A stretch of 64,000 nucleotides of DNA from a virus. The stretch is taken from IMG/VR virus record IMGVR_UViG_3300042514_001283, positions 3,982-67,981 of that record, one strand, 5' to 3'. This document shows, piece by piece, positions 48,718-59,378 of this stretch. Position 1 is the stretch's first letter. Every line of letters begins with the position of its first letter. A model generated the notes under the pieces. It did no database searches and was not told the origin of the DNA. It was given only the letters and a program-made list of their open reading frames with translations. Made by a program: the position numbers and the translations under genes.

Positions 48718-51700
48718 TTATGCTCCTAATAAAATATCCACTGCTTTGAATGGATATCCTTTCTTTATTGAATTTACATTTGGTCCAAGCATTAATCTTG
48801 CATCAAAAGTTGATCCTAGTGGTGGAACTTCAGAGTACGCTATGTATCCATCTGAGTCAACCATAAAGCCTTCTCTTGGTAACATAGATTGCCAAACATA
48901 TTCTGGAAAATCCACTACTTGTATTATACCATTAATTGTTAAGAGAAGTCTTAAAGGATTGTTTATAGCAACTTGTTCCCCTGCAAATTTTGGAAGGAAT
49001 CTACTAGTAATTCCATCAAACTCATATCTCATATCATCTATTGGAATAATGTCTGGTAAATATGGAAGACTTGCAAAAATTAAATCATCAACATATTCTT
49101 TGTTTGCTGCGTCTGTATCGTCTGTAGGCGATGGAACTGTAACATGTCCAGTAAGTGTCGGATTATTTGTTCTTGCTATTTCAGAATCTATATAATCTTT
49201 ATCAATTGGGGTTGCTGCCCAAGTTCCAACAGTTACATATCCTAATGTACTAATATTTGAAGGAACTCCAGAATATTGTGCAAATATTATATTATCAGTT
49301 CCAACTTTTATTGCACCAGCTGGATTAATAGAAGTTCCACCTTGTGATACTACATACGAATCGTTTGCAGAAACACTTCCAGATGTTACGAATACATAAT
49401 CTCCTGATTTAATTAAACCACTAGTTACACTTGCTCCATTAAAGTTTACTGCTCTTGTAAGAATAAATGGGTCATCACCATCTCCAGGGAATGATACTAC
49501 ATAAATACCATTTTGTTTTTGATCTGCTTGATTTCTAATAAGAACTCTTTGAGATGATTGAACTTCATCTCCATCTAGAATTAAAGCTCCGTCAACATTT
49601 CCAGTTAGAGTTGCACCAACTCCAAGACCTCCAGATGAATCCGATGTTCCATTTACATAAGTTGCATTTAAAGCTTGTTGGGAAACATAAACAACTTCAG
49701 GCTTTATGTTAATTCCTGATGCAAGTGAATCAACATAAGATTTATTTGCTGCATGTGTTGAAGTTGTTGGGGTAGGAACTGATATAGATCCATTAAAAAC
49801 TGTAGAAGGATAAACTGAAACTGTTCCAGTTGCCCCAGCTGTTGAAGATCCAATATTTATATTTGTTTCTGATCCTGAAACTCCACCAGTTCCAATGTTA
49901 ATTGTTTTTGTAGCAGTTGTTGCGTTTCCAAATAGTGTTGCAGTAATAGATCCAGTTGGAGTTCCACCAATTGTAAGAGATGTTGCAGCTCCTGCAAAAT
50001 TAACCGTAGCTGCAGTTGTATTAAACAAATCTAGAGTTGAACTTGTTGTTGATATAGTTGGAGCTCTAAGAGATGTTACTGCTCCTGCATCTGTTGATCC
50101 TATTGTTAATGTTGTTGCTGCTCCTGCAAAATTTACTGTTGTTGCAGTACTATTTACTAAATTAAAGCTACTAGTTCCAGATATTAAAGATGTGCTAATT
50201 GTTGGAGAAGACCCAGTTATATAAGAATTAGTGTCAATCGTCCATGTATCTGGTCCAGTTCTTTTTAATAGACCAACTCCTGAAGTAATTGCAGAAATTG
50301 CTGTAAGATCTCCGTCAACTGGTTGATATCCAGATAAAGCTGATGACAAGGCGTATGTACTTGTGTCATAAGACCATGTTCCTGCTGTATTTTTTAGTAA
50401 CCCAGTTCCAGAACCAAGGGTATTAATTCCTGAAAGATGTGAGCTATAAGCCTGAACATCTGTTCCAATTACAAGACCTAAAGAAGTTCTTCCAGTAGAT
50501 GCAGTAAGACCTGTGGATCCTCCATCCCACTTGTTTCTATCCGTGTAGGCAGTATCCCAGTTAGAAGAGTTGTTGGCTGTTGTAGTGTATGTTGAATCTG
50601 ATCCACGAATAAGGATTCCAGCTGTTGATAATGCAGAAATATTAGTAAGGTTTAAATCTTTTGATTGATATAAAGTTGTCGCATTAGTCTGAGTTAAATA
50701 TGTTGAAGAAGCAGAACTTTGTGTTAAGTAAGTGTCTACAGCTACAGAGGCACTTAAATATTCAAATAATGTTGGCGAAAGTGCATCTATTGCTCTTTGA
50801 TTTGTAAAATATAAATTACCTGTTTCAGAAATCTGTGAAGTGTTATATGAATTTATTCCTAAAAATGCAGTATTTTGAATTGATGTATCTGGAAATACAA
50901 GTTGTCCAGAATTATTAAATGCAAAGTTTGCAGATCCTGAACCAGTTGCAATAATAACACCCATGCTATCATTTAACACTATTGAATTAGAAGCACTTTG
51001 AAGACTTATTATGCCATTTGAATACCCATCATACGATCTAATGACAATTGAATCAATATATTCCCAACCACTTTTTGTAGCAATATTTATTTCATTTGGA
51101 TCTCTATTGGTCCAAACAGATCCTGAAGAACTATATGCTAATATCTGATTATTTACAGGACCTGTAAAGTCAACATCTTCAAGAAGAAAAAGACTAGTTC
51201 CTACCGATGCTGATGCCCCTATTTCTAACCAATAAACTCCATCATATACAAAAAATTGAGCAGTGTCATCTTTATACCAAAGATCCCCTTGTGCTGCAGG
51301 ATATGGTTCTGTTGCACTAATTAGAGCTGCTTCTAAAAGTACTTCTTGATTAATCCATGCAGAAGATGCGGAGCTCCACATAAGAGCGTCTCCATCAGTT
51401 AAAGAATTTATATAAACATTTGAAAGACTGTCTAAACTATGATTATGAGAGCTTGTTGCTAATCCTGCTTCATCTGCTGTTTGATTAATCCAAAGACTTG
51501 ATGCTGTATCATATGCAAGAACTTCATTGTTTGCTATGACTCCACTAATTGTTACATCTGTAAGACTTGTGATATCACTAACTGCAGAGACTGTTTCATT
51601 TATCCATTTTGAAGTTGTGGTATCCCAAACAAGTGCTTGTCCATCAGTGGGGCTGGTAATTACAATATCTGTAAGATCATCAAGTGCTGTTGGTGGCTGA

Positions 51701-51978
51701 ACTACACCATTTACTTCTACCCAGTAGGTTCCATCATATACATAAAATTCACCAGTATCATTTTTATACCAAGAATCCCCAGTTTCTGGAGAAGCTGGCT
51801 CTGTTGTGCTAACGGTTGTTCCACCGCCAGCACCTGCACCAAGGACTGACCAAACTCCTGCTTGGTAAATCTTTGCAACAGATGCTGAAGAATTAAAGTA
51901 TAGCTCCCCCTCGGATCCACTTATAGGATCTGAAGGTAATACTACTAAATTTAACCCTGTTAAAAATTTCTTTGCCAT
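48718..51978 (-). CDS. long tail fibre protein
   Basis: GDxWY and LxDLTDV repeats; AANKxYVD; NQADQKQNGIY. Confidence 0.8.
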   Translation of the reverse strand: MAKKFLTGLNLVVLPSDPISGSEGELYFNSSASVAKIYQAGVWSVLGAGAGGGTTVSTTEPASPETGDSWYKNDTGEFYVYDGTYWVEVNGVVQPPTALDDLTDIVITSPTDGQALVWDTTTSKWINETVSAVSDITSLTDVTISGVIANNEVLAYDTASSLWINQTADEAGLATSSHNHSLDSLSNVYINSLTDGDALMWSSASSAWINQEVLLEAALISATEPYPAAQGDLWYKDDTAQFFVYDGVYWLEIGASASVGTSLFLLEDVDFTGPVNNQILAYSSSGSVWTNRDPNEINIATKSGWEYIDSIVIRSYDGYSNGIISLQSASNSIVLNDSMGVIIATGSGSANFAFNNSGQLVFPDTSIQNTAFLGINSYNTSQISETGNLYFTNQRAIDALSPTLFEYLSASVAVDTYLTQSSASSTYLTQTNATTLYQSKDLNLTNISALSTAGILIRGSDSTYTTTANNSSNWDTAYTDRNKWDGGSTGLTASTGRTSLGLVIGTDVQAYSSHLSGINTLGSGTGLLKNTAGTWSYDTSTYALSSALSGYQPVDGDLTAISAITSGVGLLKRTGPDTWTIDTNSYITGSSPTISTSLISGTSSFNLVNSTATTVNFAGAATTLTIGSTDAGAVTSLRAPTISTTSSTLDLFNTTAATVNFAGAATSLTIGGTPTGSITATLFGNATTATKTINIGTGGVSGSETNINIGSSTAGATGTVSVYPSTVFNGSISVPTPTTSTHAANKSYVDSLASGINIKPEVVYVSQQALNATYVNGTSDSSGGLGVGATLTGNVDGALILDGDEVQSSQRVLIRNQADQKQNGIYVVSFPGDGDDPFILTRAVNFNGASVTSGLIKSGDYVFVTSGSVSANDSYVVSQGGTSINPAGAIKVGTDNIIFAQYSGVPSNISTLGYVTVGTWAATPIDKDYIDSEIARTNNPTLTGHVTVPSPTDDTDAANKEYVDDLIFASLPYLPDIIPIDDMRYEFDGITSRFLPKFAGEQVAINNPLRLLLTINGIIQVVDFPEYVWQSMLPREGFMVDSDGYIAYSEVPPLGSTFDARLMLGPNVNSIKKGYPFKAVDILLGA

Positions 51979-51996
51979 TTTTTCCTTCTAATATGA

Positions 51997-52020
51997 GGGG
52001 CTAGGGTTTAATCTAGCCCC
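51997..52020. other. GC-rich hairpin between fibre genes (terminator or 5' stabiliser)
   Basis: GGGGCTAG/CTAGCCCC stem; no U-tract on the minus strand; just downstream of TATAAT at 52032-52037. Confidence 0.55.
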
Positions 52021-52039
52021 CCACATACTATATTATACT

Positions 52040-53485
52040 TTATCCAATTACTACAACACGATATGTGTCAGCAGCAATTGTTGTTGCACTATTAATTTTA
52101 ATAGTTATAGCAGATGTTGATGTATGTTGTACATCTACTTCTACCTGATTATAATCAGCAGCAACTTCATATACTTGAACTGTTACATCCTTAGTTGCAA
52201 GGTTGTGTGTTACAGTCCAGGTACATACTCCACTAGTTGATGTTAGCGATGTGTTATTAACTGCATATTTCTTTGGGAATCCATCAGTTATTAACTTTGA
52301 CTCTACAGAAGAAATATCAACAGCAAGACCACTACCAGTTGTCAAATAGCTTGTTGAAGCTGTAATGATACCAGCAGTGAATGTTCCAGCACTTCCAGAA
52401 TTATCTGAATATGTGAAATCAACTGTTGAAGAGTCTGTTAGCATTGTGCCAACTGTATCTTCAACATACTCCTGTAATCCAGTTATATCAGATGTTGCAT
52501 GGACGTGACCTTCAAGAGATATAGCAGTTTCGCTACCAAGAAGTCCAGCTGACCATTTATCAGATGATTCATTCCAAATTAAAGAAGCATTGGTTGAATC
52601 ACCACGCTCAACTTCAATACCTGCATTTGCTGCAGGAACTCCAGTTACATTGCTATTAAGGGTAATTTGATTATCCTCAACTAGCAAAGTTTCTGTATTT
52701 AGAGTTGTTACGCTTCCGCTTACAGTTAGATTTCCAGTTACACCAAGATTTCCTCCGATTGTTACATCATCTGGAAGACCAATTGTAATTGCTCCAGCAG
52801 ATGCTGAAACAGTTACTTCATTAGCTGTTCCTGAAAGAGATGTAACACCAGTGTTAGAAATAGTTAGAGTTGAACCTTCACCACCTGAACCAGTTACACT
52901 GATACCTGCACCAGATGCACTTGCACCTGCTACATAATCACCAGTTGTATCTGCACCAAGAGCGACTGAATCTGCTACAATATCTGCTGTAATTGTTACG
53001 TTCTGACTTCCATCAAAACTAACACTACCACTTAAAGAACCACCAAGAGCAATAGATCTAGGTGTCTGCAAAGTGCTAGCAGTACTTGCATTACCAGTTA
53101 AAGCACCAGTTACATCTACTGTAATAGAGTTTGGAAGACTTACCGTTACTGCACCAGCAGATCCGCTTATAGATACTTCGTTAGCTGTACCAGTAATGCT
53201 AGTTACGCCAGTGTTTGCAATTGTAAGAGAATTTCCAGCATCATTATAGTTTAATGAAATTCCAGTTCCACTATCAAGTAAATCATTTACTGCATCACCA
53301 ATAAATTCAGTAGACCCAACGGCTTCCCAAGATGATCCAGTATATACTTTTAACGTGTTGTCAACAGTGTTAAAGTAAACTTGACCAGCAACTCCACTAC
53401 CTGGATCTGTAGCCAAATTATGGATAACACCGTTTTGCAATTCATTACGATTTAAATCAATACTTGTTAAAAATTTTCTAGACAT
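52040..53485 (-). CDS. tail fibre protein
   Basis: TGVTSxxGTANEV repeats; AGIEVERG; VTHNL...YRVVVIG C-terminus. Confidence 0.8.
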   Translation of the reverse strand: MSRKFLTSIDLNRNELQNGVIHNLATDPGSGVAGQVYFNTVDNTLKVYTGSSWEAVGSTEFIGDAVNDLLDSGTGISLNYNDAGNSLTIANTGVTSITGTANEVSISGSAGAVTVSLPNSITVDVTGALTGNASTASTLQTPRSIALGGSLSGSVSFDGSQNVTITADIVADSVALGADTTGDYVAGASASGAGISVTGSGGEGSTLTISNTGVTSLSGTANEVTVSASAGAITIGLPDDVTIGGNLGVTGNLTVSGSVTTLNTETLLVEDNQITLNSNVTGVPAANAGIEVERGDSTNASLIWNESSDKWSAGLLGSETAISLEGHVHATSDITGLQEYVEDTVGTMLTDSSTVDFTYSDNSGSAGTFTAGIITASTSYLTTGSGLAVDISSVESKLITDGFPKKYAVNNTSLTSTSGVCTWTVTHNLATKDVTVQVYEVAADYNQVEVDVQHTSTSAITIKINSATTIAADTYRVVVIG

Positions 53486-53503
53486 ATATTTTCACCTCCT
53501 TCA

Positions 53504-53950
53504 TTACGATAAATAAGCCCTTCCCGAAAATGCTCCGATAAAGGTTAAAACTACAGTACTTGAATTTGGATAGTTATATGACCCCTCAACAACTGTTCCT
53601 GCTGTATCAACTACTGTAATATTAGGGGTAAACCCTAATCCATGTGTTACGTTCCATACCGCAGAGGGTACTGATTGAATGTGAACATAACCAAGCTCTT
53701 GACTTCCAACTAAATCTGTTGGAGTTCCCCAACCTGAATCTGTTTTTGGACCATACAAATTCATGTTTGTTGTATTTAAGAAAAAATCTCCAACAATACC
53801 AATAGTATTATCTGGAGCAGATGTACCATTAAGTATTCCAGTTCCTCTTCCACCTTGTGGACCAGAGGTTCCTAATTGAACTACTACATTTTCTTCATCA
53901 ATTGTTATATTATTTACAATTTGATCAATTTCTACCTTTAATTCTGCCAT
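53504..53950 (-). CDS. virion structural protein
   Basis: GPQGGRG...GDFFLN; WNVTHGLG. Confidence 0.65.
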   Translation of the reverse strand: MAELKVEIDQIVNNITIDEENVVVQLGTSGPQGGRGTGILNGTSAPDNTIGIVGDFFLNTTNMNLYGPKTDSGWGTPTDLVGSQELGYVHIQSVPSAVWNVTHGLGFTPNITVVDTAGTVVEGSYNYPNSSTVVLTFIGAFSGRAYLS

Positions 53951-54303
53951 TACCTTGTTACCTCTGGAGTTACATTAAATGTACCTTCGATTAATCTATC
54001 AACAATGTTTGATGGACTTACTATTTCTAAATCATAAACGTGATTTCCTGCAGGGAAAGCAGATGTAGCACTTGCTGCAATAAATATATCAATAGTTCCT
54101 GCAGATCCTCCAATAGTAATTCCACTTCCAGAAACTAGAGAAATAATTGGATTATCAGAATAATATGCTTGCCTTACTTGTAATCTTGAAGAATATCCAG
54201 ATAAATCAATAGGAAGATTATCTAGGGAGTATGTTAGAGTCCTTCTAAAGGTACTACCTTGAGGACAAACAAAGTTTACAAGCCCTGGGGTCATGTTGGG
54301 CAC
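53950..54303 (-). CDS. BppU-like adaptor/structural protein
   Basis: QGSTF...DLSGY...VYDLEI...RLIEG...PEVTR. Confidence 0.65.
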   Translation of the reverse strand: MPNMTPGLVNFVCPQGSTFRRTLTYSLDNLPIDLSGYSSRLQVRQAYYSDNPIISLVSGSGITIGGSAGTIDIFIAASATSAFPAGNHVYDLEIVSPSNIVDRLIEGTFNVTPEVTR

Positions 54304-54345
54304 TCCTATTTAAATTTTCTTACTCTTTTATTATACCAAACTATT

Positions 54346-54660
54346 TTATTTCTTATCTGCAATATATGCTACTAGAACGTCTTTAATTACTTTAACTTCA
54401 CCAGTTAATTGCTTAAGATCTGATTTAATTTCACTTTGATTGGATTCAAGATTATTTACCTTGTCTGCCATGCTAGATCCGCCATTGGGAAATATTTGAT
54501 GCTCTACACGATCAAGGCGATCTGCTATTGTTCTACCTTTTTCATCTTTACCAAGAATTCTTTCAAATTTTCTTACCGTTGCATATCCAACACCTAATAT
54601 GGCGGTAAGAGATAAAAACATTTGCCAGTTTTCGACAAACATCGCTATTGAATTATTCAT
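54346..54660 (-). CDS. single-TM membrane protein with coiled coil
   Basis: N-terminal hydrophobic helix; PNGGSS motif familiar from actinophage membrane proteins. Confidence 0.65.
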   Translation of the reverse strand: MNNSIAMFVENWQMFLSLTAILGVGYATVRKFERILGKDEKGRTIADRLDRVEHQIFPNGGSSMADKVNNLESNQSEIKSDLKQLTGEVKVIKDVLVAYIADKK

Positions 54661-54729
54661 TGTTTTATGGTATACTCCAAAGTAAGACTTAAAAACAATT
54701 ATAACATATAAATAACATAGGAGTAATAA

Positions 54730-54951
54730 ATGCCTGATACTAAAGAAGAAGTTAAAAAAGTATTGAAAATTTCAGATCGTTGTGATAGATGTGGTGCTCA
54801 AGCTTTTGTACTTGCTACTGGAGTTTCGGGGGATTTATATTTCTGTGGTCATCATTATAATAAATATGAATATTCAATTACTCAATGGGCTTATAAAATT
54901 GTTAATGAATTAGACACTATTAATGAAAAGTCTGCAAGTAGTAATATTTAA
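54730..54951 (+). CDS. small Zn-finger protein of actinobacterial type
   Basis: DRCDRCGAQA...LYFCGHH; AGGAG RBS; isolated plus-strand gene. Confidence 0.75.
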   Translation: MPDTKEEVKKVLKISDRCDRCGAQAFVLATGVSGDLYFCGHHYNKYEYSITQWAYKIVNELDTINEKSASSNI

Positions 54952-55793
54952 ACTGCATATCTAATAACAACAATACCAGATCCACCATTTTTTCCAGAAG
55001 TGAAATCTCCAGCACTTCCTCCACCACCATTTCCAGAATTTGCTGGTCCATTTACACCACTGCCTGTTGATGGTCCACCACCTACACCACCTGCTGCGTA
55101 TACTACTGATGCACCAGTTGAATATGTGTTTGCCAAACCTGCTCCAGCAGCACCACCACTATTTAAGTTTGCTGCATTTCCACCAGAGCCACCAGCACCG
55201 CCACCACCACCGCCAGCACAGTTAGTTTGAGTATATGTTCCAGCACCAGAGCCACCACTATTTCCTTGACCAGCAGTACCAGCAGAACCACCATTAGATC
55301 CATTACCACCACCACCACCAGAACCACCAGTGGTAGATGAACTTCCATTAGTTGTAGTTCCACGACCACCACCAGTAGCTACAACTGAATTAAAACTACT
55401 ATTTGAACCTGGATTGGATGCACCATTTAATACTCCTGTTCCACCATCACCAACTACAATTGAGTAGGCTGTAGCAGTTACTGAAGATGTTCCAGTTAAC
55501 ATACCTCCAGCCCCACCTCCACCACCACCAACGCTGGATACGCCTCCGCCACCGCCTCCGCCACCTGCAACAATTAAATATTGAACAGATAAAGATTTTG
55601 ATGGTGTAAAAGTTCCTGGAGATAAAAAAGTATGTGAGTAATATGTTACTCCACCTTCAGTATAAGTGTTTATAACTCCTCCAGAAGCTTGCGGTGAAGA
55701 GCGAGAAGAAGTTATAATTTTTCCAGTATCATTCTGTCCAAACCATTCACTTACTTGAGTAGATGCAAGCATTCTATATAAAGGATTAGCCAT
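54948..55793 (-). CDS. glycine-rich virion protein
   Basis: YLIVAGGGGGG...GGSGIVVIRY. Confidence 0.8.
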   Translation of the reverse strand: MANPLYRMLASTQVSEWFGQNDTGKIITSSRSSPQASGGVINTYTEGGVTYYSHTFLSPGTFTPSKSLSVQYLIVAGGGGGGGGVSSVGGGGGGAGGMLTGTSSVTATAYSIVVGDGGTGVLNGASNPGSNSSFNSVVATGGGRGTTTNGSSSTTGGSGGGGGNGSNGGSAGTAGQGNSGGSGAGTYTQTNCAGGGGGGAGGSGGNAANLNSGGAAGAGLANTYSTGASVVYAAGGVGGGPSTGSGVNGPANSGNGGGGSAGDFTSGKNGGSGIVVIRYAV

Positions 55794-55931
55794 TTACCAG
55801 TTTCCTTCTGGACAAACTGCTTCTTCATTATTGTGTAACCATTCAGATGGACAAGCACATTTTTCACAAGTACTATATTCAACTAAAAAGAAGGGACATT
55901 CTTTACAAATATTAACTCTTTCTTCAATCAT
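55794..55931 (-). CDS. 45-aa DUF6171-like Cys-cluster protein; absent from the ORF track
   Basis: Manual translation MIEERVNICKECPFFLVEYSTCEKCACPSEWLHNNEEAVCPEGNW; abuts both neighbours. Confidence 0.8.
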   Translation of the reverse strand: MIEERVNICKECPFFLVEYSTCEKCACPSEWLHNNEEAVCPEGNW

Positions 55932-56704
55932 AATCCAACCTTTGATTTAAATGTATTAGTTACTGAAGTCATTTCAGTATCACTTAAAGATCTATTGTAA
56001 ACTGCAAACTGTCCTATTCTAGCATTCCAGTTTGTGCCATATTCATCACTATAACCAATATTTGCTGCGGTTGCTGACAAATCTATGTTTGCAATTCCAG
56101 AAGTATTAGTTGTAAGAATAGTTCCATTGTCCCAGATTGTTCTATTAGTTCCAGAATAATTACATCTTAATCCTATAACGTGCCAATTGCCAGTTGAATT
56201 TGGTAATCCAACGTTTGTTCTAGTATCTGCACCACAGCATCCACCCTGATCCCAGTATATAGTTCCATCAACCCAAGTAGCGTGACTAAAAATACTACGA
56301 CCATAACCAGCAGTACCATACCACTTAAAAGAACCAGTAGTATTTAATGCATTTTGATACATTGTAAAAATAAAGGTATACCCAGAAGTATTATTTATTC
56401 CAAAAGAATTAGAAGCTGGTCCATTTGCTCCATATCCATTCGTATTAAAATATTTTATACCAGATGAGTTGTAGGATGGTGAGCTAGTCCAAGTAAAATT
56501 TTTACTATTTCCACTTATGTCATTCCAAGTAGTTCCAGTACCAGAATATGAAGAAGGATTATTTGCATCTAAATATAGCTGTAGTCCAGTATTTGTAATA
56601 TCTAGAGTTTTACCAATGCGAGATGGGACAGATAAATCTCCGTCTTGATTAAACCAGTCAGATACTTGGCTAGAAGAAACCATTCTATGCAAGGCACTAG
56701 ACAT
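55928..56704 (-). CDS. LamG/ConA-like lectin virion protein
   Basis: LQLYLDANNPSSYSGTGTTWNDISG...VYNRSLS. Confidence 0.8.
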   Translation of the reverse strand: MSSALHRMVSSSQVSDWFNQDGDLSVPSRIGKTLDITNTGLQLYLDANNPSSYSGTGTTWNDISGNSKNFTWTSSPSYNSSGIKYFNTNGYGANGPASNSFGINNTSGYTFIFTMYQNALNTTGSFKWYGTAGYGRSIFSHATWVDGTIYWDQGGCCGADTRTNVGLPNSTGNWHVIGLRCNYSGTNRTIWDNGTILTTNTSGIANIDLSATAANIGYSDEYGTNWNARIGQFAVYNRSLSDTEMTSVTNTFKSKVGL

Positions 56705-57066
56705 TAGGTAATCCTATTTACATAACCTGAAATCGTAATGACATTTGTAGTTGCAGCATAAGCAGCAACTGTATTAGCAGCACTGCCAGTTCCAGTTAAA
56801 ATTAAACCAGGAACAACTAAAGTTAATCCAGAAGTAGCAGGAATAGATAATTTAATATCATTATCAACTGCTGTTGTTCCACCAAATTGAATTGTTAATA
56901 CTACTGCTGCTGCTGAAGAATTATATGCATATAGCCAAATTTCATCTTGTATTGTTGCTGATGTTCCAGTTGCGTGAATAGTTGTACCAACTGAGGCAGT
57001 AGCAGCAACCTTAATTGCTTTACCTTGTGTTGATCCTGAAAGTTTTTCTTTTGAAAAAGTTGCCAT
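56704..57066 (-). CDS. small beta-sandwich fibre adaptor
   Basis: DEIWLYAYN...ISGYVNRI; fibre operon. Confidence 0.6.
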   Translation of the reverse strand: MATFSKEKLSGSTQGKAIKVAATASVGTTIHATGTSATIQDEIWLYAYNSSAAAVVLTIQFGGTTAVDNDIKLSIPATSGLTLVVPGLILTGTGSAANTVAAYAATTNVITISGYVNRIT

Positions 57067-57080
57067 ATTTATATTATACC

Positions 57081-58790
57081 TTATCCAAATACCTGTATTG
57101 CTATTATGAGCTGAGCGTCATCTGATGTTGGTGTTGGACCAGGATCTCCTTGTGGTCCCTGTGGTCCTTCTGCTCCATTTACTCCAGGTACTCCTTCTAC
57201 TCCATTTAATCCAGGATCTCCTTGTGGTCCTTGTGGTCCTTGTGGTCCTTCTGGTCCCTGTGGTCCTTCTGCTCCAGCTGCTCCATTCATTCCACTTAAT
57301 CCAACTTCTCCATTTAATCCAGTTAGGCTAACATCACAAGTATTTGATTCCCACATAGCTGTAGGTTGTTGAATAATATCTACAGTATAGCTATTAGATC
57401 CAACACTTGATATATTTCCAATAATATTTCTAGATGCATTATAATATGTAGGTAATGGTGAATTAATAGTATCTCTTTCAAAAATCCAACTAGAAGTAAC
57501 TGTTGGTGAGGCTGGAGCAGTTAGTGTCTGAGGGTATCCAGTAATTACTGTTCCAGAGACAGTGTCTACAAAAAGTTGAATTACCCATCCAGATCCATTT
57601 GCAGCACTTGCTGTTATATATTGATTAGGATATATGTCCATAGGGGAAGAAGTATTAAATGTTACGGGTTGGTATTCTAAAGATGCTGAATTTAATGCAC
57701 TAGCTGATGTTGCTGAAGCAGAAAGGACTGGATTAAGTTCTCCAACATCATAAATATTTTTAAGTTTTACATTATCTCCTACTGAATATGCATAATCATT
57801 AACATCTACATAAACTAATACATCTGAACCAAAATATCCAGGTATAGTTCCAAGAGCTACATCCGTTGTAGCATTTAATAGATTAAATCCTTTTGCTGCA
57901 GACTGTGCCTCTAACTTTGTTGCATATATTGTAGAAGCATTTATTTGTGTTAAATATGTAGAAGAGGCATTTACCTGTGTTAGATAAGTTGAGGATGCTG
58001 TAGAAATATCTAATTTATTTCCAAGAGCTGTTGTAATTGTGGAAGCATAGTTTGCATCGTCTCCAAGGGCTGCTGCAAGTTCGTTTAGAGTATTTAATGT
58101 AGATGGAGCTGAATCAACAATTGCTGCAACTGCTGCTGCTGATGCACTTGATAAATCAATATTATTCAATTCCGTTTTTGTTGCATATGTTGTTGAGGCA
58201 GAAGAAGCAGAAAGTTTAGAATCAATTTGGGTCTGAATGGCACTTGTAACTCCATTAAGATATCCAATTTCTGTATCAGAGACATCTACTACCCTAAGTT
58301 GAACTGTTCCAGTTTGATCTGGAAGAGTAATTGTTCTATCAGCAGTTGGCTCACCTGGCTCTAAAGTTGTTTCAAATTCATTTGCTGTTGTACCTTCAAA
58401 AATAATATTATGTGGTGCTGGAAGATATATGCCGTGAATAGTTGGTGTTTGCCCAATAGCAGTAATTGCTGGTCCATTAATTGTTGGAGTAGTTAAAGTT
58501 TTATTTGTAAGTGTTTCTGTTTTTGAGGCAGTTGATTTATTATCTAATTGTGTTTGAATGGCAGAAGTTACACCATCTAGGTATCCTATTTCAGTATTAG
58601 AAACATTTGCAACTATTGTTTGATATGTATTTGAAGCACTTACTTTATTAAGATATATAGCACTTGCTGCGGAAGTTTCTAAATAATCAGCAGTTAAATC
58701 AATACCAACAATATCCCAAGCGGTTCCATTAAATTCATATCCATCAAAAATTTGACCAACAGAAGCGGATCCAGGAAATATTGTAGCCAT
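57081..58790 (-). CDS. fibre protein with collagen-like repeats
   Basis: Gly-X-Y run at about 57130-57325; [16 protein letters not shown] twice; [11 protein letters not shown]. Confidence 0.85.
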   Translation of the reverse strand: MATIFPGSASVGQIFDGYEFNGTAWDIVGIDLTADYLETSAASAIYLNKVSASNTYQTIVANVSNTEIGYLDGVTSAIQTQLDNKSTASKTETLTNKTLTTPTINGPAITAIGQTPTIHGIYLPAPHNIIFEGTTANEFETTLEPGEPTADRTITLPDQTGTVQLRVVDVSDTEIGYLNGVTSAIQTQIDSKLSASSASTTYATKTELNNIDLSSASAAAVAAIVDSAPSTLNTLNELAAALGDDANYASTITTALGNKLDISTASSTYLTQVNASSTYLTQINASTIYATKLEAQSAAKGFNLLNATTDVALGTIPGYFGSDVLVYVDVNDYAYSVGDNVKLKNIYDVGELNPVLSASATSASALNSASLEYQPVTFNTSSPMDIYPNQYITASAANGSGWVIQLFVDTVSGTVITGYPQTLTAPASPTVTSSWIFERDTINSPLPTYYNASRNIIGNISSVGSNSYTVDIIQQPTAMWESNTCDVSLTGLNGEVGLSGMNGAAGAEGPQGPEGPQGPQGPQGDPGLNGVEGVPGVNGAEGPQGPQGDPGPTPTSDDAQLIIAIQVFG

Positions 58791-58832
58791 AGTAATCTAA
58801 TTATATCATTATATAATTATATGGTATATAGA

Positions 58833-59378
58833 TTATCCAACTTTCCAAACTGCAGTTTCTAATTCATTTAGGGTTGAATTTGCTCCACCGTTACTTGCTA
58901 CAAAACCTATATTTGCTCCAGGGGCAGGAGGAGCAGACAAAGTTGTTTGAACTCCAGTAGTTAGCGTATGAGTTGTATTGCCAGCGTAATGATAATGACC
59001 CGAATAAGGATAGGTAACAGCTTGTCCATCAAAAGTACAAATATCTTGCGAACCATTGTAATACCATGAAGCCCAATTATTATTAGCTGGTCCAAGAGTC
59101 ACTGTTGTTCTAAGTACATGAGATCCTGGAGCACAATAGTATCCAGCACCATTTATGATTCCGTAACCAAGCCCATAAGTAAACGTTCCAGTTACAACAT
59201 AATTTCCAGAAGGTAAATTTGGTTTTAATAAATAATCAACAGCCCAAGGATAAGAATTGCCGTAAATAGTAACAGGGTTAGTTTTTGTTAAAGCAGCTGT
59301 ATTTCTTGTCCAAGTTCCAGAAACTTTAGACCAAATTTGAGAGACCCTGTTTATTGTTCCACTAACTTTTACATGCAT
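58833..59378 (-). CDS. fibre tip-like hypothetical protein
   Basis: KVSGT repeats at the N-terminus; coupled to the upstream fibre gene. Confidence 0.55.
   Translation of the reverse strand: MHVKVSGTINRVSQIWSKVSGTWTRNTAALTKTNPVTIYGNSYPWAVDYLLKPNLPSGNYVVTGTFTYGLGYGIINGAGYYCAPGSHVLRTTVTLGPANNNWASWYYNGSQDICTFDGQAVTYPYSGHYHYAGNTTHTLTTGVQTTLSAPPAPGANIGFVASNGGANSTLNELETAVWKVG

Noticed and set aside
57130-57325. Collagen repeats as proof of prolyl hydroxylation
   Set aside because: Most prolines are in the X position (GPQ, GPE), and prokaryotic collagens are stable without hydroxyproline; weak support only
52-57331. Many plus-strand and nested ORFs in the track (e.g. 358..831, 7654..7971, 33140..33577, 43788..44216, 48680..49195)
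   Set aside because: They are antisense or off-frame shadows of well-supported minus-strand genes, without RBS or recognisable motifs
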